NCBI GenBank assembly: GCA_051382335.1
Contig: JBBCAX010000414.1
Span: 1 to 22,600, forward strand
DNA from: Deltaproteobacteria bacterium TL4
GTDB taxonomy: Bacteria; SAR324; NAC60-12
Length of the DNA stretch: 22,600 nt
Direction: 5' to 3'
The notes beneath the pieces were generated by a model that saw only the letters and a list, made by a program, of their open reading frames with translations, did not search any database and was not told where the DNA came from. Both the position numbers and the translations under genes were made by a program. Each line of letters begins with the position of its first letter. Within the stretch, counting starts at the first letter, position 1. This document shows, piece after piece, positions 19,150 through 22,600 of the stretch.

Positions 19150-19473
19150 ATGAGCTTGATCGAAAAATGGTTCAAAATAACGCTTTTGAGCTGGATAAGC
19201 CTCATCGCAATGACGGTCATGGCCTCTGCTGCTGAGGTGAAAGCTGACGAAACTACCTGCTTTCAGTATAAGGATCCGCAAACTCGACAGGAACTGGAAA
19301 CACTGCAAAAATGCTTACGAAAAAGAGAGGGAGCCGATGCATTGATTCATCGTCAACGAAGAATCAAACTGAGTTATGAAGGTTCTCAAGCTTTTGTGGA
19401 GCAATTTAAAGCACGTTCTTCCCTGCAACCCACGTCTCAACCGCAAAAAACTGTAAGTAAGCCAAGAAAATAG
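19150..19473 (+). CDS. Small hypothetical exported protein
   Basis: ATG 19150 follows GGAGG (19137-19141). N-terminus MSLIEKWFKITLLSWISLIAMTVMASAAE looks like a Sec signal peptide. In frame with the track ORF 19072-19473. Confidence 0.6.
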   Translation: MSLIEKWFKITLLSWISLIAMTVMASAAEVKADETTCFQYKDPQTRQELETLQKCLRKREGADALIHRQRRIKLSYEGSQAFVEQFKARSSLQPTSQPQKTVSKPRK

Positions 19474-19560
19474 CTGGAGAATACTCTATTTTTCGTTACT
19501 ATGCCCTCAACTTATACTGAGCTTTGCTTTGATTGAAATTTCAATAAATCCTGTGTCGCC

Positions 19561-20313
19561 ATGAATCATTCATTAAAACTGGTGATTGAGCGTATTCTGT
19601 TTGGGCCGTCAATTTTTCTTTTTGTTCTTGTTATTCTTGTTCTTTGGCCCTTAAAGAACAAACAGCGTGATGATCATCCCAAATACCAATGGTTGTTGAT
19701 TTTATGGGTTCTTGTCCTTGTTTTGACAAGTACACCCTTTTTCCGTCTTTTTTCCTATCCTTTAAGACAACTGATTCCTCCTAATCAAAAAGCTAAAGTG
19801 GATGCGATTGTTGTTGCGTCCGCCGGTGTTCATCGTTCTGGTGCGCCGACGCCTGGTTCCACATTACGTGGCTATGTCGCCGCACAGTTATATTTAGAGC
19901 ATTGGGCTCCCCTGGTCATTGTGACCGGAGGTGTCACCAGACCTTATCACCCCCCTGTTGACGTCAAGGGAATTCATCTCATCTTAAGAGGAATGGGGGT
20001 TCCGAATGATAAAATTCTCATTGAAAACAAATCCATCAACACCTACATGAATGGTGTCGAAACGGCCAAAATATTAAGAAAACTGAATCTCAACAAAATT
20101 CTGCTTGTCTCACATGATTATCATTTACCGCGTTTGGTAGCGGTCTTCAAAAAACAGGGCTTTGAAATCTATCCCTATGCCGCAAACGCGAGCAGCTCCA
20201 ACGATGAATCGTGGTGGGAATATTATTTCAAATGGGAAAATTTCAACTCTTTGAAAACGGTAGCCCATGAATATATGGGCCTTTTGGCCTACAAACTCGT
20301 GGGACGAATTTAA
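19561..20313 (+). CDS. YdcF/DUF218 (ElyC/SanA-like) membrane-anchored protein
   Basis: Two N-terminal TM helices, then DAIVV, IVTGG, GVP..KILIENKSINTYMN, ILLVSHDYHLPR and HEYMGLLAY. Confidence 0.88.
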   Translation: MNHSLKLVIERILFGPSIFLFVLVILVLWPLKNKQRDDHPKYQWLLILWVLVLVLTSTPFFRLFSYPLRQLIPPNQKAKVDAIVVASAGVHRSGAPTPGSTLRGYVAAQLYLEHWAPLVIVTGGVTRPYHPPVDVKGIHLILRGMGVPNDKILIENKSINTYMNGVETAKILRKLNLNKILLVSHDYHLPRLVAVFKKQGFEIYPYAANASSSNDESWWEYYFKWENFNSLKTVAHEYMGLLAYKLVGRI

Positions 20314-20393
20314 AACAGACTCTATTTTCCAGATTTTTCGCTCATCTCTCAAATCCCGAGGCTCCTTATTCTTGAATATAAAAAGGTAATTTC

Positions 20394-21089
20394 ATGCAAA
20401 GAGAGTATTATTTTATTCGTCATGCGCTTCCCCTTAATGACGCGGGCGCTTTTCACTTAAGTGCGTTTGATAGAAATCAACTCGGTCAACAAAATCAATA
20501 TCTTTCGAAAAAAGGAATCAAACAGGTGGAAGCAATTACGGATACCGTCTTGAAACTTAATATTGAATGTCTCATTTCCAGCACTTTAAAACGAGCCATT
20601 CAAACAGCGCAGATCCTCCATCAACACACTCAGATTCCTTATGAACATCAATATAAAGAATTGATAGAATTTTCACCGGGTACCTATCCTGTCCGTTCAA
20701 AATTTTTTCCTCCATATCCGTTATCTCAACTTTGGCCTAAACCGATGGAGCATCGGGTGACTCATTTTTTCAGCACAACTCTGAGCATGTTCTACCTGTT
20801 TCAATGGAGTCAGGGAAAAACGGAAGGAGGGGACACCTTGGAAGAAATTTCTCATAAAGTAGAGACGATGCTTGCGGTACTGGATCAATTTCCAGAAAAG
20901 CGTATCGCCATTGCGGGACACGGATATTGGATCTTTTTCTTGGCGATGAAGATTCTGGGAAACCACCCCTGGAATGCCTTACGTCTTTCTTGGGTGGATA
21001 ATTGTTCCTTCACAAGGGTTGATGCGGATGGCGAGGGAAATTATAAACTACGTTACTTTGCAAAACCTCATCATGCGTTAGAAGGTTAA
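20394..21089 (+). CDS. Histidine phosphatase superfamily protein (phosphoglycerate-mutase-like)
   Basis: FIRHA (RHG-type motif), ISSTLKRAIQTA, IAGHG and DNCS. Confidence 0.85.
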   Translation: MQREYYFIRHALPLNDAGAFHLSAFDRNQLGQQNQYLSKKGIKQVEAITDTVLKLNIECLISSTLKRAIQTAQILHQHTQIPYEHQYKELIEFSPGTYPVRSKFFPPYPLSQLWPKPMEHRVTHFFSTTLSMFYLFQWSQGKTEGGDTLEEISHKVETMLAVLDQFPEKRIAIAGHGYWIFFLAMKILGNHPWNALRLSWVDNCSFTRVDADGEGNYKLRYFAKPHHALEG

Positions 21090-21211
21090 TGTCAGTTAAC
21101 AGCTACGTTTAATGATTTCACTCTCCAATCTTAGCGTTGACAGGCTGGATTCTTTGGTGTGTTACGCGTTCGTCAGCTCGCAACACACTCTGAATCATTC
21201 TTGGACAGCCC

Positions 21212-21469
21212 CTAGCCGACTTTGGGGAGATTCGCCATGGAGGCTTTAATGGCCTCTTCAGGATAAGGAAAATCTTCCAATTCTCCCTTAAAATATTTGT
21301 CATAGGCCATCATATCAAAGTGGCCATGCCCAGAAAGGTTGAACAAGAGGGTTTTGGGTTCTTTGCTTTCCTTGCATTGCAACGCTTCATCCAGAGCAGC
21401 TCTGACCGCATGACAGGATTCTGGCGCAGGGATGATGCCTTCAGCTCTGGCAAAAATAACTCCTGCTTC
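21212..21469 (-). pseudogene. trpB2: 3' fragment (85 codons plus stop) of a TrpB2-type tryptophan synthase beta-like PLP enzyme
   Basis: EAGVIFARAEGIIPAPESCHAVRAALDEA...LFNLSGHGHFDMMAYDKYF matches the TrpB2 C-terminus. The upstream in-frame residues of the track ORF (21470-21571) do not resemble TrpB, and no N-terminal part is seen in the window. Confidence 0.85.
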
Positions 21470-21602
21470 ATCTGGACTCTGAGAATGGCTTGATGTGTTC
21501 CTTTGTTTTTGCGGGTAGCGTAGGAATCGAAAATGAAAGACCGCTATAAAGCGGTTCCAGCACATTGACAATGGCGTGATGCGCTACCCGATCCCGAAGT
21601 AA

Positions 21603-21707
21603 GTTCGTAGTTCTGCCTTCAGGCGGCCCGTTCGTAGTTCCGCCTTCAGGCGGCCCGTTCGTAGTTCCGCCTTTAGGCTGCTCGTTTGTAGTTCACCCTT
21701 CAGGCGG
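21603..21707 (+). repeat. Tandem array of four 27-bp REP units downstream of the RAYT gene
   Basis: Unit CCCGTTYGTAGTTCCGCCTTCAGGCGG at 21603-21626 (partial), 21627-21653, 21654-21680 and 21681-21707. Each has GTAG followed by a CCGCCT-TC-AGGCGG hairpin, with substitutions in some units. Confidence 0.92.
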
Positions 21708-21717
21708 CAAACCACTG

Positions 21718-22320
21718 TCATTCAATATCCCACTTCTGCCCATAATCCAATATTGGATACACACGCCAGATTTCCTCAGCTTTTTCACGTCCGACCTCTT
21801 CAAGAAACGACTTCGCACTCGAAAAAGACCAATCCTGCCATCGTGTCACATACCCATGTTTTACAGCATTATGATTGACATAATTCAAACTCGCGAAAAA
21901 ATGATTTTCTGATTTAATGCGACGGTCTGCGCATCGATACCATACTTTTCGTCCTCTTTGAGAGTCTTCACCATTCCATCTGAATGATGACCGTCCATGA
22001 AACTGTCCCAAATCGTGTAACAGTTCCTTTATTTGTTCAGTCCGCAACAATAGATGATAGTGATTGGGCAGAACACACCAGGCAAATACGTTTGCGGACC
22101 AACGATGACAGGTTTGTAACACACCCGACTCACATTCCTGCAGGCGATGATGATTTTTCCCGATGACCGGTCTATGTTCATAACAGGATGCAGTAAGGAT
22201 AAAGGTGATTTCATCTTTTTCTGTCCAATGGGGTGGTGAGTGCCAGGGAACCCCGTTTTTCTGTCGTGATTTCAAAATTTCCTGTCGTTCCAACTCTGAC
22301 ATTTTTCGCCAGTCATACAT
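21718..22320 (-). CDS. rayT: REP-associated tyrosine transposase (RAYT/TnpA-REP, HUH Y1 family)
   Basis: HUH motif AWCVLPNHYHLLL and catalytic Tyr region LNYVNHNAVKHGYV...DWSFSS; flanked on both sides by GTAG REPs in inverted orientation; AAAGGA RBS upstream. Confidence 0.92.
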   Translation of the reverse strand: MYDWRKMSELERQEILKSRQKNGVPWHSPPHWTEKDEITFILTASCYEHRPVIGKNHHRLQECESGVLQTCHRWSANVFAWCVLPNHYHLLLRTEQIKELLHDLGQFHGRSSFRWNGEDSQRGRKVWYRCADRRIKSENHFFASLNYVNHNAVKHGYVTRWQDWSFSSAKSFLEEVGREKAEEIWRVYPILDYGQKWDIE

Positions 22321-22338
22321 CTTGAATTCCTTTAATAA

Positions 22339-22600
22339 CCGCCTGAAGGCGGAACTACAAACGGGCCGCCTGAAGGCGGAACTACAAACGGGCCGCCTGA
22401 AGGCGGAACTACAAACGGGCCGCCTGAAGGCGGAACTACAAACGGGCCGCCTAAAGGCGGAACTACAAACGGGACGCCTGAAGGCGACAAATCCCTGTTC
22501 CTGCGCCCACTCTGTTTGTAGTTCCGCCTTCAGGCGGCAAACCCCCTGCGGAACTACGAACGGGCCGCCTGAAGGCGGAACTACGAACGGGCCGCCTGAA
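22339..22600 (-). repeat. Tandem array of 27-bp REP units upstream of the RAYT gene, running off the window end
   Basis: CCGCCTGAAGGCGGAACTACAAACGGG x5 (22339-22473; the fifth copy has one substitution), a partial unit (22474-22486), one inverted copy (22514-22538), then GAAC-variant units at 22548-22600. Confidence 0.95.

Noticed and set aside
21470..21571. N-terminal 34 aa of the 119-aa ORF as a real protein start
   Set aside because: It is read-through into palindromic non-coding DNA and is unrelated to TrpB2.
21565..21595. Sigma-70 promoter at TTGACA
   Set aside because: No -10 hexamer at a suitable spacing.
622..22214. Numerous 60-140-aa ORFs antisense or out of frame within the large genes (e.g. 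2469-3179, 4427-4768, 16140-16559, 18003-18263)
   Set aside because: These are shadow ORFs overlapping well-supported genes, with no motifs.
22339..22473. Coding repeat (PPEGGTTNG)n
   Set aside because: The 27-bp period gives an open frame automatically. There is no start codon or RBS, and stop codons lie immediately upstream.
22339..22600. CRISPR array
   Set aside because: The 27-bp units abut with no unique spacers, there are no cas genes in the window, and the GTAG-hairpin form plus the adjacent RAYT explains them as REPs.

Overview
Bacterial genomic window. The gene types suggest a deltaproteobacterial-type organism, but that is an inference. The left two-thirds is a signalling island: a membrane chemoreceptor (MCP, +) converges on a minus-strand Wsp/Frz-like chemosensory operon (cheW-cheW-cheA/REC-cheB, then a REC-REC histidine kinase and a REC-PP2C phosphatase) with no cheR or stand-alone cheY. 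Divergent from the operon is a ~1810-aa Ser/Thr-kinase-like/P-loop ATPase/GAF/class III adenylate cyclase. Next come a cholesterol-oxidase-like GMC oxidoreductase, an NYN-LOTUS protein, two hypothetical proteins, a DUF218/YdcF protein and a histidine phosphatase. The right end holds a 3' remnant of a trpB2-like gene and a REP-associated tyrosine transposase (RAYT) flanked by oppositely oriented tandem arrays of a 27-bp GTAG-type REP unit. Several other palindromic REP/MITE-like elements occupy intergenic regions (1-330, 17869-17901, 18779-18972, 21150-21220, 21512-21590). No rRNA, tRNA or CRISPR array was recognised.
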